Below are positions 1 through 10,258 of a DNA stretch of 64,000 nucleotides, piece by piece. Below the pieces are notes generated by a model. That model was not told where the DNA came from, made no database searches, and saw only the letters and a list, made by a program, of their open reading frames with translations. How positions within the stretch are numbered: the stretch's first letter is position 1; each line of letters opens with the position of its first letter. The DNA comes from Nitrososphaeria archaeon (GTDB lineage: Archaea > Thermoproteota > Nitrososphaeria > JACIWG01): assembly GCA_963752255.1 (NCBI GenBank), contig CAVVXT010000019.1, positions 64,001-128,000 on the forward strand, written 5' to 3'. The translations under genes were made by a program, and so were the position numbers.

Positions 1-2
1 AT

Positions 3-641
3 CACTACAGGTTCCTTCTTCTACTACCGTTGGAGGCAGACCCTTCTCTGAATATGGAGGCGCAGAAACACTACTTTGGCGTCCTTTATGATGGAGAGCT
101 TATCGCTAGAGGAATAGAGTTAAGACGACATGACACGCCGTCCTTCATAAAGGAGTTCCAAGCCAAGCTCATTCAAACCCTATTCGATTGTACGACTGTT
201 GAAGAAGTATGCAACGTTGGATATGAGCGCGCCATGCTTCTCATCACAAGAACCATAGACAAAATTATGGGTGGAGATATATCATTTGAAGAATTGGTGG
301 TCTCTAAGACGCTTAGGAAAACGGTGGATAAATATAGAAGTGTGCTTCCACATGTGGCTGCGGCCATCCAACTCGCAAGCAAAGGCAAACAGGTAAAGTC
401 TGGCGAAGACATTAACTTCATCTACATGGATTCAGACCACCACAACCCTCTCTGTCGCGTCATACCATTAGAGCTAGCAAGCTCCCACGTAAACATAGAC
501 AAAGAAAAGTATCGTGACATGTTATTGGATGCGGCTGAGACGGTTCTTTCAACCTTCGGTTTTTCAAGAGAAGCCTATGGCATCTATAAATCAAGGTCTT
601 GGTTAGGAGAACTAAGAGAAGAAATAAGAAAAAAGGTCTAA
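3..641 (+). CDS. polB: Family B DNA polymerase, C-terminal part (PolB2-like; 5' end outside the window)
   Basis: Frame is open from position 3. QKHYFG...ARGIELRRHDTP matches the PolB KKRY / KG-E--RRD motifs; thumb motifs PHV and D-EKY are present. Confidence 0.85.
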   Translation, partial: HYRFLLLLPLEADPSLNMEAQKHYFGVLYDGELIARGIELRRHDTPSFIKEFQAKLIQTLFDCTTVEEVCNVGYERAMLLITRTIDKIMGGDISFEELVVSKTLRKTVDKYRSVLPHVAAAIQLASKGKQVKSGEDINFIYMDSDHHNPLCRVIPLELASSHVNIDKEKYRDMLLDAAETVLSTFGFSREAYGIYKSRSWLGELREEIRKKV

Positions 642-728
642 CAAGAATGGGCAAGTTTGATTATATAATATTCAAGAAGCTGAAAGGGGAAGAAGCTAGG
701 AAAAGAGGATGTGGCATCAACAAATTGC

Positions 729-1397
729 TTAATTCAATCCTAAAAGGGGTCTTGCATGACCCTGAAAAAAGGTCCAGAGGCCACTTCTAAGTATTATCTT
801 CCTGTAAGCAACATTTTCAAAAGATTTTATATTATGTCCAGGCATAATATAAACAAGTTTGCCGTTACCGATTTGTCTTGTCCATCCAGCTGGATAGGTA
901 TTCCCTTCATGATAGTATATCATGAATATGCTTTTTTCAGCATAATCAAACATCTCATAACGGTAAGGTTCATCTTCTATTTCAAATTCACTTATTCCAT
1001 TCATTATGTAATCATTATTTCCCGTAGATTTTACTGCAAGCTTTGTATATGCGGGATGACCTAAAAATTTTGCTCCAACCATTTCAGCATATTCTTTGTT
1101 CGAATCAAGAGAAATGCCGTTATGTATAATGAGGAGTCCACCTCCATTTTTTATAAAATCCAAAAGGTTGTGGGTAAGGGTTTTTCCAACTATTTTTCCC
1201 CAGCAGTCTACGTATAAAATACAAAGATCATAGTCTTTAAAATGTTCTGATGAAAGTATATTGTAATCTTCAGTACAGGTTAAAGAAAAATTATCCTTAA
1301 AAATGCTTTCAATTTCTTTGTCTATCGCTGTCAAAGGATGATATTGCGGATTTGAATAATCTCCAAGTAATAATGCTTTTTTACTTTTGTTTTCCAT
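729..1397 (-). CDS. ThuA-like (class I glutamine amidotransferase-like) domain protein
   Basis: Motifs GGGLLIIH, F-GHP, DEPY, GWTR..G.GK..Y..PGH. GAGGA RBS precedes the ATG at 1397. Visibly AT-rich compared with its neighbours. Confidence 0.85.
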   Translation of the reverse strand: MENKSKKALLLGDYSNPQYHPLTAIDKEIESIFKDNFSLTCTEDYNILSSEHFKDYDLCILYVDCWGKIVGKTLTHNLLDFIKNGGGLLIIHNGISLDSNKEYAEMVGAKFLGHPAYTKLAVKSTGNNDYIMNGISEFEIEDEPYRYEMFDYAEKSIFMIYYHEGNTYPAGWTRQIGNGKLVYIMPGHNIKSFENVAYRKIILRSGLWTFFQGHARPLLGLN

Positions 1398-1519
1398 TTG
1401 ATTCCTCTTTACCATTCCACTTGGGGGTTTTTCATGAAATATTCACATTTTGGAACTCATATTTAAAGCTGCTTTTGAATCAGTATGCAAACCAGCTTAT
1501 TTTTCACCTCTTAAGTCAG

Positions 1520-1576
1520 AAATTTAATAACGAGAAATCGGAAAATTTAATAACGTAAAATCGGAATATTAATAAC
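1520..1576 (+). repeat. 2.5 x 23-bp tandem repeat directly upstream of the wtpB start codon
   Basis: AAATTTAATAACGAGAAATCGGA (1520-1542), AAATTTAATAACGTAAAATCGGA (1543-1565), partial ATATTAATAAC (1566-1576). Confidence 0.85.
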
Positions 1577-2371
1577 ATGAGATGGTTAAAAGATAAATCG
1601 CCCTTTATCATTACTTCCCTAATCCTAGGCGTAGTCATGGTTCTGTTCCTCGGAATTCCAATCCTGGAGTCTTTGGCCGGTTCTTCCACCGGCCTCCTAT
1701 CAGCCTTAACTGATGTGCAAACCATCAACGCTATAGCAACTAGCTTCTACTGTGCGACCCTCGCCACCCTTTTCACCTTCGTCTCAGGAGTTCCCCTTGC
1801 ATATTTGACGACGAGGTATAAGTTCCCGGGTAAAGCCGTTATAAACTCGCTCATAGATATTCCGATCTTAATTCCCCACAACGCTGCTGGAATAGCGCTC
1901 CTTTTCGCGCTTGGCCCAAACTCCGTGATAGGTGGACTAAACAAATCTTTGGGGATAAATGTCGTCGATACCTATCTGGGAATAGTAGTAGCTATGGCGT
2001 TCGTCAGTGCTCCATTCACTATCAGGAGCGCCCAAGAAGCTTTCTCGTCTGTGAATCCATCAATGGAGAAGGCGGCGAGGAGCATGGGTGCAAGTAACCT
2101 GAAGGTCTTCACGAATGTGACCTTCCCCTTAGCTTCAAGGGGAATCATGGCCGGGTGCGTCTTGACCTGGGCTAGGGCGATCGCCGAGTTCGGTGCAGTG
2201 GTAATCCTCGCCTACTACCCAAAGACCGCCGCTGTGGACCTATACGACGTCTTCGTGAGCGGAGGGTTGAGCGCTGCCATGCCAATCACAGGAATACTGA
2301 TCATCTTCTCCGTAATCCTCCTAATAATTTTTAGGAAAGCTCTCATTAGGCCAACAGATACGTTGCGCTGA
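1577..2371 (+). CDS. wtpB: Tungstate/molybdate ABC transporter permease
   Basis: Multi-TM protein with DIP..IPH..AG, EAA loop (MEKAARSMGAS) and WARAI.EFG motifs; adjacent to the ATPase gene. Confidence 0.9.
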   Translation: MRWLKDKSPFIITSLILGVVMVLFLGIPILESLAGSSTGLLSALTDVQTINAIATSFYCATLATLFTFVSGVPLAYLTTRYKFPGKAVINSLIDIPILIPHNAAGIALLFALGPNSVIGGLNKSLGINVVDTYLGIVVAMAFVSAPFTIRSAQEAFSSVNPSMEKAARSMGASNLKVFTNVTFPLASRGIMAGCVLTWARAIAEFGAVVILAYYPKTAAVDLYDVFVSGGLSAAMPITGILIIFSVILLIIFRKALIRPTDTLR

Positions 2372-2387
2372 AATAAGGTGAAACAAG

Positions 2388-3440
2388 TTGGGATTAAGAG
2401 TCGAGGGAGTCAGCAAAGCATGGAGGGGCTTCGCGCTCACCGACATAAATCTAGAGATAAGTGACGGCGAATACTTTGTGCTGCTTGGCCCCACAGGCGC
2501 AGGCAAATCCCTCCTCTTAGAAGTCATTGAAGGTTTCTACAAACCCGACAAGGGCAAAATATTTCTTAACGGCAAGGACATCACGTCGTATCCTCCAGAA
2601 AGGAGGAAAATTGGGTACGTACCGCAGAAAGACACCCTTTTCCCTCATATGACGGTGCGGCAGAACATTGAGTTTGGCCTAAAGATGCAAGGGAAGCTAG
2701 AAAGTGAGAGGCGAAAAAAAGTGAACGAGATGTCCATGATGTTGGGTTTGGAAAAACTTGAAAACAGGTTTCCGCCCACACTTAGCGGTGGGGAAAAGCA
2801 GAAGGTGGCACTCGCGCGAGTCCTAGCCATAGAACCCGAGTTAGTCCTTTTGGACGAGCCGTTGAGCTCAATGGACGCGGAAACGAGGCAGATCCTTAGG
2901 GAAGAACTGAAAAGAATAAACAAGGACCTCAAATTTACAACAATGCACGTTACACATGATCAATTGGAAGCCTTCTACCTAGCCAAACGACTAGGAGTAA
3001 TTCGCGGCGGAAGAATGATACGGCTTGGAGAGACAAGAGAAATCTTCGAAAACCCGCAAAATAGTTTTCTCGCAAGATTCCTTGGCTACGAAAACATACA
3101 CCCAGTCCAGGTCGCTGATAAACAGAAAAAATTGTTGACTTTGACCCCATTTGGCCATCAACTAATAACTGCGGGCGAAATAAAGGAAGACACTAACCTG
3201 ATTGGAATTCACCCCAGCGATATCACCATCTCAAGAATGCCGCCTTGTCCCGTGGAGAATCTCCTCAAAGGAATGACGAAGGATTACAGCGACCTCGGCC
3301 CCACCGTAATGGTAACAGTCGACGCAGGACCGATGATCAAAGCCGCAATCCCCAAAAGAATTTACCTAAACCACGAGCTCTACCCAGAACAGGAAGTATG
3401 GCTTTCCTTCACTGCCGACTCCGTCAAGATCTTGGAATAA
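2388..3440 (+). CDS. wtpC: Tungstate/molybdate ABC transporter ATP-binding protein
   Basis: Walker A GPTGAGKS, LSGGE signature, LLDEP, HVTHD, C-terminal TOBE-like region. Confidence 0.9.
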   Translation: MGLRVEGVSKAWRGFALTDINLEISDGEYFVLLGPTGAGKSLLLEVIEGFYKPDKGKIFLNGKDITSYPPERRKIGYVPQKDTLFPHMTVRQNIEFGLKMQGKLESERRKKVNEMSMMLGLEKLENRFPPTLSGGEKQKVALARVLAIEPELVLLDEPLSSMDAETRQILREELKRINKDLKFTTMHVTHDQLEAFYLAKRLGVIRGGRMIRLGETREIFENPQNSFLARFLGYENIHPVQVADKQKKLLTLTPFGHQLITAGEIKEDTNLIGIHPSDITISRMPPCPVENLLKGMTKDYSDLGPTVMVTVDAGPMIKAAIPKRIYLNHELYPEQEVWLSFTADSVKILE

Positions 3441-3473
3441 GGCAGAGAAGGAAACTAAGTTTTCTTCTTGTCT
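3440..3473 (+). terminator. Possible stem-loop terminator after wtpC
   Basis: AGGCAGAGAAGGAAACT / AGTTTTCTTCTTGTCT form an imperfect inverted repeat immediately after the stop. Confidence 0.35.
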
Positions 3474-3801
3474 AATTAACTGGAGGCGTCAATATTCTTC
3501 TTAAAGTTGGCAGTAATTAGATCTTTGAGAAGACTTTGATTACCGTAATATTTCGCTGTCAATTGGATTGTGATCAATGATCTGTAGCCAAAAAACGAAT
3601 CACATACAGAGAGCAGAAAACTATGCCAAATCGTCATAAATCAATCTTAACTAAGTTAAAGCCACATTCAGAAATCGTGGAAAAAAAAGACCTAATTGAA
3701 TCATCGTTAATCCCCCCCACTCGAATCCTAAATGACTTTGTCATACTTCGCTAAAATTTATTAAGATGATTGATCTTGCGCTAGCTTCAAGATGAAACAT
3801 A

Positions 3802-4728
3802 ATGGAAAAGAGAACTAAGATCCTTTCCGCCTTTATCATCATAATAATCATTTCCATTATGGCAACCGTGGCAATCTATTATCGCACTCTACAAACTACG
3901 AACCCATTACCCTCAGGAGAACCTCCAGATTGTCAGATCACTGTCACAGGCAGCGTCAGGCAAGAAAGAACATGGACATTAAAAGAAATCTCTGAAATGC
4001 CATTAACAAACGTCAATGTTGTAACTGATGGCGAAAACACGACCTACATCGGGGTAAGTCTTTTAGAATTTTGCAACCAAAGCGGTATGTTCTGGGACGC
4101 GGGACCAATTAGAATCATCGCCACAAATGGACAAAGCGTAACCTTGAACGTTTTTCAAGCTTGGAACAGCACAGCTTATCCTCGGTATCAAATAAACAAT
4201 AGGATAATTCTAGCCTTCGTAAAGGATGGACAATGGATGACAAAGGAGACAGGTGGGCCGGTGAAACTAATCACTCCAGCGTTTGGGGAACAATATCAAG
4301 TAGACAGTGTAGCTGATTTGAACATTGGTCTTTGGACCGTGTCAATTTCGGGAGCTGTTTCGAACCCTCTCACATTTACAGGAGAAAACATGACAAACTT
4401 CCAGGAGAGAACCATTGAATCAGAATTTGCTCCTGGTGATTCACCCCAAGTAACCGCAAACTGGACCGGTCTGTCTATGCTAGGTCTGCTTCAAGCCTCA
4501 AATATGTCAAATAAAGTCAAAATGATAACAATTATCGCAATCGATGGCTACGAAGAAAACTTCACAATTCAACAAATCAAAGATTCACAAATGCTTGTCG
4601 GTTTTAAAGAGAACAGCACGTATCTCCCACTAAGTCAAGGAGGACCATTCAGATTGTTCCTACCTGTCGATGAATATAAATGGGGATACAGGTGGGCTAA
4701 ATTTGTCTGCCAGGTAGTAGTCTCATGA
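3802..4728 (+). CDS. Membrane-anchored protein with two molybdopterin-oxidoreductase (sulfite oxidase/Oxidored_molyb)-like domains
   Basis: N-terminal TM helix. Repeated pattern V.G.V..., (W/Y).G.S, A.(D/N)G(Y/Q), GGP.(R/K)L, and WAKFV in domain 2. Confidence 0.7.
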   Translation: MEKRTKILSAFIIIIIISIMATVAIYYRTLQTTNPLPSGEPPDCQITVTGSVRQERTWTLKEISEMPLTNVNVVTDGENTTYIGVSLLEFCNQSGMFWDAGPIRIIATNGQSVTLNVFQAWNSTAYPRYQINNRIILAFVKDGQWMTKETGGPVKLITPAFGEQYQVDSVADLNIGLWTVSISGAVSNPLTFTGENMTNFQERTIESEFAPGDSPQVTANWTGLSMLGLLQASNMSNKVKMITIIAIDGYEENFTIQQIKDSQMLVGFKENSTYLPLSQGGPFRLFLPVDEYKWGYRWAKFVCQVVVS

Positions 4729-4875
4729 TCGTACGTGGTTCTGCTTGACAAATAGCACAACATTATAGACCAACATCATAACGGTAGGGTGATTTCTTGA
4801 ACGAGTTTGGGTTCTTACGATGAAAGGTGATTTCTCTCTTAGCCAAACCAATTATTCCTGTTCTAAGAGCACAAA

Positions 4876-5960
4876 CTAGGACTCTTTCAAAACCATTTGC
4901 TGAAGACTTTTGGGGAGCGCTTGAGGATTATCCGTGAAGGAGGGAGTGAAGATGGGTTGCCATGACTGTTCAAAATCGGTTCTCCCTTGTCCATTCAAAA
5001 CAAATTGAATAAACTGTCGTTGCTAACGCTGGATTTGGCGCATTTATGGGTATCGTCATTCCGTAGTATATTGTTTCTCCCGTTCTGTCTAGGCTTACCG
5101 TGGCAAATCTTTGATGTCCGTATGACACATACACCTGCGCATAGTTCTGATTGTATTGGATGGAGCCAAGGTTCACCTCGTTTGGAAGATTAATGTAGGA
5201 AAAGCCATACTGATTCGCATTGCTGAGGTAGAGAAAGCAGTAATCAAGATAGCCTTCTTGGAGAAGCGGAATGAGGTCAACTTCGCTCGCCCTTAGGATT
5301 ATCTTGTTTCCAGCAGGTTGTTGTGTGTCAGGAATAGTGATTGTATATCCTGTTCCATTCATGACGGAATTTATGGGAGGGTTGAAGTTGTCCGTGATTA
5401 GGTCATGAAATAGCTCGGGATCACCGTAGTAGGTTGAGGCAAGTTGAACTGTGATCAGCGTTCTGTAGCCGAGCGCGTCCAGTTCAGGATTTACTAATCC
5501 TATTTTCACGCTGGGCTGAGTCAGTACAGAATACCAGTTACTGGAGTTGATTTCGTCTGCATATTGACTGCGATTGGTGTAGGCTAAGACCATACTGTTA
5601 GTGGAAAATCTGATATAGTAATCTGCGAAGCTTTGGTTTGTGCCTGAGACTTTTGTCTTATACATCATGGTTGGAATTAGGGAGTAGTCAGCGACCATAA
5701 GGAGGTCCGACGCTCTGACCTAGCTCCGTCACTTGCCTAATGACTTGAATGCTGCCGTGTGCTTCAAGTTGTACATTTATGTTCGGGTTGGCTTTCTCGA
5801 AGTCAGCTTGAACTTTTTGAAGCGGGTACAATAGGCTTGTGGCGCAGTAGATCGTAAGTGTCTGCTTTGATGGATAATTGGAAAAATAAAACGTGGAGGA
5901 AATTAAGGCCACCGCGAGGATCGCCACGATTAAGGCCGTCGCGATGTAAGCGTTTCTCAC
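4876..5960 (-). CDS. wtpA: Tungstate/molybdate-binding protein WtpA, split by two +1 indels (~5710 and ~5015)
   Basis: CATSL...EAHGS...RQVTELG, DLLMVADY, GYR, DY.FLY.S.A, IYYG.TIP. Removing one base at each site restores the frame to a TAG at 4876-4878 (...FIQFVLNGQGRTDFEQSWQP...). Confidence 0.85.
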
Positions 5961-5991
5961 TTGGCCTCATTTCCTATCTTATTTTCATGAT

Positions 5992-7494
5992 CTAGGGGTT
6001 TACCTGAATCTTCACCGCCATGCTCGCCCATTTGTTTCCGTCCGTGAGCAAGCCCTGAGGCCCTACAGTCGCGATTTTCAAAGGTTCTCCGGAAGTTAGC
6101 GCTGCTCCATTTAGGTAATAGGCTACGATCATCGTCATAGGTTGGGTGGCTGACATTGGGTTTCCTGTCGTGGGGTCGTACGTGTTCAGCCCCTGCCCAT
6201 TCAGCTGTTGATAGGTGTAAACCATCGAATATCCATCGCTAGCCGTGACTGTCACGTTTTGGTTTGCAGTGATGCCGCCTACTAGGTTCAGGAGGGTCAT
6301 AATTGGTACACCGGTATAATTACCGAAGCCTTGGATTCCACTCTTTCCTTTGTACCCTCCTCCTGCTGTGTATGAGCTGAGAGAGGCAATGTCTTGTGAA
6401 TGCAGTACTATTTGGGTTCCGCTGGAGCCTACTATTGTTAGGTTCAGGTGGGGTATCGGCATTATTTGAATTTGGACTATGTCCTTGACCATTTGTTTCT
6501 TGGTCACGCCTGAACCGACTAGAGTCAAAGGCCAGTACGGGCTGGGGAGTATGGCGCCGTTTAGCTTTGCCGCGACGATTATGTTATTGTTATTGGTGAC
6601 ATAGGTATCATTCATAACGGTGAAATAGCCATCTCCACCTATCACTTTCACAACGTAACCATTGGCCAGAGACACGTTGCTGATGCCGCCGTTGATGACA
6701 CTGTAAGATACGAATTGATCCAGAGCTACACCTGTCCAAACGTTGCCGGTACTATCAGTATAGTTTTGTGGGAAGTGATTGATGTCTGCCATATACGCTT
6801 GCATGTCCATGGTCAGAGGAGTTGTGCCGTTGACAACTAGATTCCAATTCTCCACACTCTGAGTTACTTCTATTTTGTCCACTAATTTAGTCCAGAAATG
6901 GCCTTCAGTGAGTAAACCTTGGGGTCCCAGAATAACGAGTCTTAGGGGTCCTACATCAGAAGTTAGGGCCGTGCCGTTATAGTAATATGCGACTACCACG
7001 GTCAATGGTTGAGTAGCTGAGGATTCGCTGCCAGTCACTTGATCATAGGTGACGTAACCTTGGCCGTTCAGCTGTTGATAGGTGTAAACCATCGAATATC
7101 CGTCTTTGGCTGTTATAGTGACCGTTTGGTTTGCAGTGATGCCGCCTACTAGGTTCAGGAGGGTCATAATTGGTACACCGGTATAATTACCGAAGCCGCC
7201 GATCATTCCACCGCTGCTCTTGTAGCCTCCGTGCCCGGAGTAAGCGGTGAGCTTTGCAATGTCACTTGAATTCAAGAATTTTTGATTTCCTGATGCCCCT
7301 ATGAGGGTTAAATTCATTGATGGAAGTGTGGTTGCTGAATTTTTTTTGTTGGATGGGCTTAAATTCAGTTGCCAAACGGCAACGGCTCCTACGACGATGG
7401 CTGCTACGACGATTATAGCGATAACCATGATCGTGACAAACTTTGGCTTGATCATGCCTTTTCTTTCCGAAATCTTTCTCATTTTAAGATTCAC
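5992..7494 (-). CDS. Membrane-anchored protein with three Oxidored_molyb-like repeats, Cys-free
   Basis: N-terminal TM helix. Three repeats with (Y/W)TGV, DGY, PL.(L/I) and K.V..I motifs. Many N-X-S/T sequons. Upstream of and probably co-transcribed with wtpA. Confidence 0.7.
   Translation of the reverse strand: MNLKMRKISERKGMIKPKFVTIMVIAIIVVAAIVVGAVAVWQLNLSPSNKKNSATTLPSMNLTLIGASGNQKFLNSSDIAKLTAYSGHGGYKSSGGMIGGFGNYTGVPIMTLLNLVGGITANQTVTITAKDGYSMVYTYQQLNGQGYVTYDQVTGSESSATQPLTVVVAYYYNGTALTSDVGPLRLVILGPQGLLTEGHFWTKLVDKIEVTQSVENWNLVVNGTTPLTMDMQAYMADINHFPQNYTDSTGNVWTGVALDQFVSYSVINGGISNVSLANGYVVKVIGGDGYFTVMNDTYVTNNNNIIVAAKLNGAILPSPYWPLTLVGSGVTKKQMVKDIVQIQIMPIPHLNLTIVGSSGTQIVLHSQDIASLSSYTAGGGYKGKSGIQGFGNYTGVPIMTLLNLVGGITANQNVTVTASDGYSMVYTYQQLNGQGLNTYDPTTGNPMSATQPMTMIVAYYLNGAALTSGEPLKIATVGPQGLLTDGNKWASMAVKIQVNP
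6200..7197. repeat. Intragenic direct repeat with two perfectly identical blocks (offset 867 bp)
   Basis: 6258-6330 equals 7125-7197 (73 bp) and 6200-6234 equals 7067-7101 (35 bp). Confidence 0.9.
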
Positions 7495-7513
7495 CTTAGC
7501 CTTACTGCGACAC

Positions 7514-7536
7514 CGTTATGCTATAAAAACATAACG
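7514..7536 (-). promoter_or_regulatory. ModE-like palindromic operator enclosing the TATA box of the 5992-7494/wtpA operon
   Basis: CGTTATG-CTATAAAAA-CATAACG. The spacer reads TTTTTATAG on the minus strand about 27-35 nt before the GTG at 7494. The arms resemble ModE half-sites (CGnTAT...ATAnCG). Confidence 0.6.
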
Positions 7537-7994
7537 CTACAAACAACTCCGCCACTTACCAATTCAAAAAACACCCTCCTTCCACATCGACATAGCTTGT
7601 TATCTCTCCTTCTTATCAAGAGTTTTAATTCTTAATAAAATTACGAATGTCGAAGAAATTATGAGATCGCAGAAACTGGCCTGGGGGGATTAATGATCAT
7701 ATCGGTCTAATTTTGAGATTCTTATTAAAACCACATGAACAAGCATCTCCACCTACTATAGTTTTACGTTAATCGTAGATGTTATTTATCAGGATCCTCT
7801 CCTGAAACATGTTTGACCAAACCCTTTTTTTAGCCTTTACTAAGTATCCAGCTCTTTTGCCATATCGTTGTGCTATACTCTCTACAAATGTGGCGCCATG
7901 TAGAGAACCAAAAATGGTAAGACTGAAGGCATGTGTTTTTTTATGATGTTTTAGAATTAGCTTTTAGCATCAAAAGTCTTAAAAAAAGAAGGGG

Positions 7995-8913
7995 TTAGGC
8001 TTTTAGCCTTCTCCTTATGGTGACACCTACTGCAATGGATGCTAATGTTACAACGGTTAAGGCTATCAAGTTGGAAAGTGGAAGCGTGCTTTGTGCAACC
8101 AGTTCCCCTCCTACTTGTCTATTGAACGCTTGAGCGAAAGCGATCTCATTCCGCAACGGCCTCATAGAATCGGTAGTACCTATTGCATAGCCCCATTCCA
8201 TCGGCGATCTTGTGGCAACCACTATTCCGCTGCCAAACCGCCATTGGACATACGTTGGCGCACCTGGGTAAGGTGCAGTAGGCCCTTCGACCATGATCAC
8301 TGTAGCATTGCTGGGCAAGTTAGTGAAATATCCATGTGAGGACCAGAACCAGTTATCCATATTAGTATCGTTTACTACGCCCCAAGGACCATTCATTATC
8401 GGACTACTTACGTCAACGACCGAGACATCCTCTGTTAAATTTGGTGCTATTCCTAGACTTGGAGCACCAGGAAGGTTCAACGTAGCTGGTTCACTTCCAG
8501 TATAGAAAGCCATGTGTACAATGAGAACACCACCATTGTATACGAAGTTTTGGAGTATTGATCTTATTGGGTCACTGTTTATCGCAGCATAATATGCTGG
8601 AGTCTGTGCGCCTGCCTAGTATGATCACTCTATAGGGTGAAAGGTTTGTGGTTGGAAAATTGGTTGTGTTAACTATCATTAAGCTGAATCCGTTGTCGAT
8701 TATCGCCAGCTGGTTCGAGCTTGTCCCCCATGGTGCCTAATCTTGTAGGATAAGTTTGTCTAGAAGTCCTGTTCCTTGTGGCTGTCCCACCTGAGATGGC
8801 TGCATGCCTGGTGGCTTCACGCCGTCTATGCTAGATGCGAAGACAGCAAGAGGAGATATTGAGATTAATATACCCAGTACGATTATTAGCGACAGCTTCT
8901 CTGCGTTTTTCAA
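7995..8913 (-). pseudogene. Disrupted secreted/cell-surface protein with a C-terminal VGG + TM + basic tail
   Basis: Signal-peptide-like start MKNAEKLSLIIVLGILIS at 8913, in-frame TAG at 8737-8739, +1 shift at ~8615 joining ORF 7995-8513. Ends QVGGELV...TM...RRRLKA. Confidence 0.6.
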
Positions 8914-9202
8914 TTCTTCTCAGTAAAACTAATTTTTATCCTCACTTTTAAAGGTTTTGCCTAACTTCAATGGCCATCCTAACATGAAGACCCTTTTTGC
9001 CCCTCTGATCTGATCTATCGATTCAAACATCTTTTCTTGTTTCCCTTTCTTATGAAATAGCGGGCCTGGGGATTTCTGACCCTAATTAAGTGCAGATACC
9101 TAATTTTATTTAGGCTTAAGCGTTACATATTGTATTGCATTCAGCTTTCTTAGTCTCTATGAGAAGCGCGGCTGTCTTAGGGGCCTCAAAAAATGGGTCT
9201 GA

Positions 9203-10258
9203 TCATTCAGAAAATACACGTCTTTTTGCCCAGATAGCCACATTCACCAAGCCTATCATGACAGGCACTTCTATCAAGGGCCCTATCACTGTCGCAAAAG
9301 CTTCTTGCGAGGATAAACCAAAAACTGCGACTGCCACAGCAATAGCTAATTCGAAATTATTACTTGCTGCAGTGAAGGCAAGCGAAGTAGTCCTTTTGTA
9401 GTTTAGCTTCAAGTAGTAACCCAAGATGAATGATATTAGGAACATTGGAATGAAATAGGCTATCAATGGTATCGCTATCCTTACGACATCTAGTGGTAGT
9501 GTCACGATATATTCCCCCTTAAGTGAGAACATGACCACTATCGTGAAAAGAAGTGCGAACAAAGAAGTCGGGCTCAGCTTCGGCATCAGTTTATGGTCGT
9601 ACCATTCCCTTCCCTTCGTTTTCAGAAAGTAGTACCTTGCTAACATACCGCCGAAGAAAGGTATCCCCAAGTATATCGCTACAGACTCCGCTACTCCTAT
9701 AAAAGAGATGTTGACGACTGTCCCTTGTCCTCCAATCCAAGAACTTGCGAGAGTTATGTAGAAGTACGCTAAAACCGAGTAGAACAGTATCTGGAAGATG
9801 GAGTTCAAGGCTACAAGTATCGCAGCCCACTCGCTGTCCCCTCCAGCCAGGTCGTTCCAGACGATGACCATGGCGATGCACCTTGCCAAACCTACGAGAA
9901 TTATTCCATTTCTGAAAGCCGGATAATCTGCCAAAAATATCCATGCCAATGAGAACATTAAAAGAGGTCCAATTAGCCAATTTAAAATCAGCGAAGTAGA
10001 AAGCATCTTCTTCGAGCCCTTTGCTGTAACAACCTTCCCCAATTCCTCGTATCTGACCTTTGCTAGGGGAGGAAACATCATCCAAATTAGCCCAACTGCT
10101 ATAGGAATTGAAGTAGTTCCAACACTTACTGAACCTATTATTTCAGAGATCCTGGGGAAGACATATCCTAGGCCAACACCTAGCATCATGGCCAAGAATA
10201 TCCAGAGCGTGAGAAATCGGCTGAGAAAGGATAGCTTCTTTTTTTCATCTTTTTCCAA
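9203..10258 (-). CDS. acr3: Arsenite efflux transporter, ACR3 family
   Basis: [48 protein letters not shown]. Confidence 0.95.
   Translation of the reverse strand: MEKDEKKKLSFLSRFLTLWIFLAMMLGVGLGYVFPRISEIIGSVSVGTTSIPIAVGLIWMMFPPLAKVRYEELGKVVTAKGSKKMLSTSLILNWLIGPLLMFSLAWIFLADYPAFRNGIILVGLARCIAMVIVWNDLAGGDSEWAAILVALNSIFQILFYSVLAYFYITLASSWIGGQGTVVNISFIGVAESVAIYLGIPFFGGMLARYYFLKTKGREWYDHKLMPKLSPTSLFALLFTIVVMFSLKGEYIVTLPLDVVRIAIPLIAYFIPMFLISFILGYYLKLNYKRTTSLAFTAASNNFELAIAVAVAVFGLSSQEAFATVIGPLIEVPVMIGLVNVAIWAKRRVFSE

Noticed and set aside
8737-8739. In-frame TAG as a pyrrolysine codon
   Set aside because: No pyl genes or methylamine methyltransferase context, and the same gene also has a frameshift.
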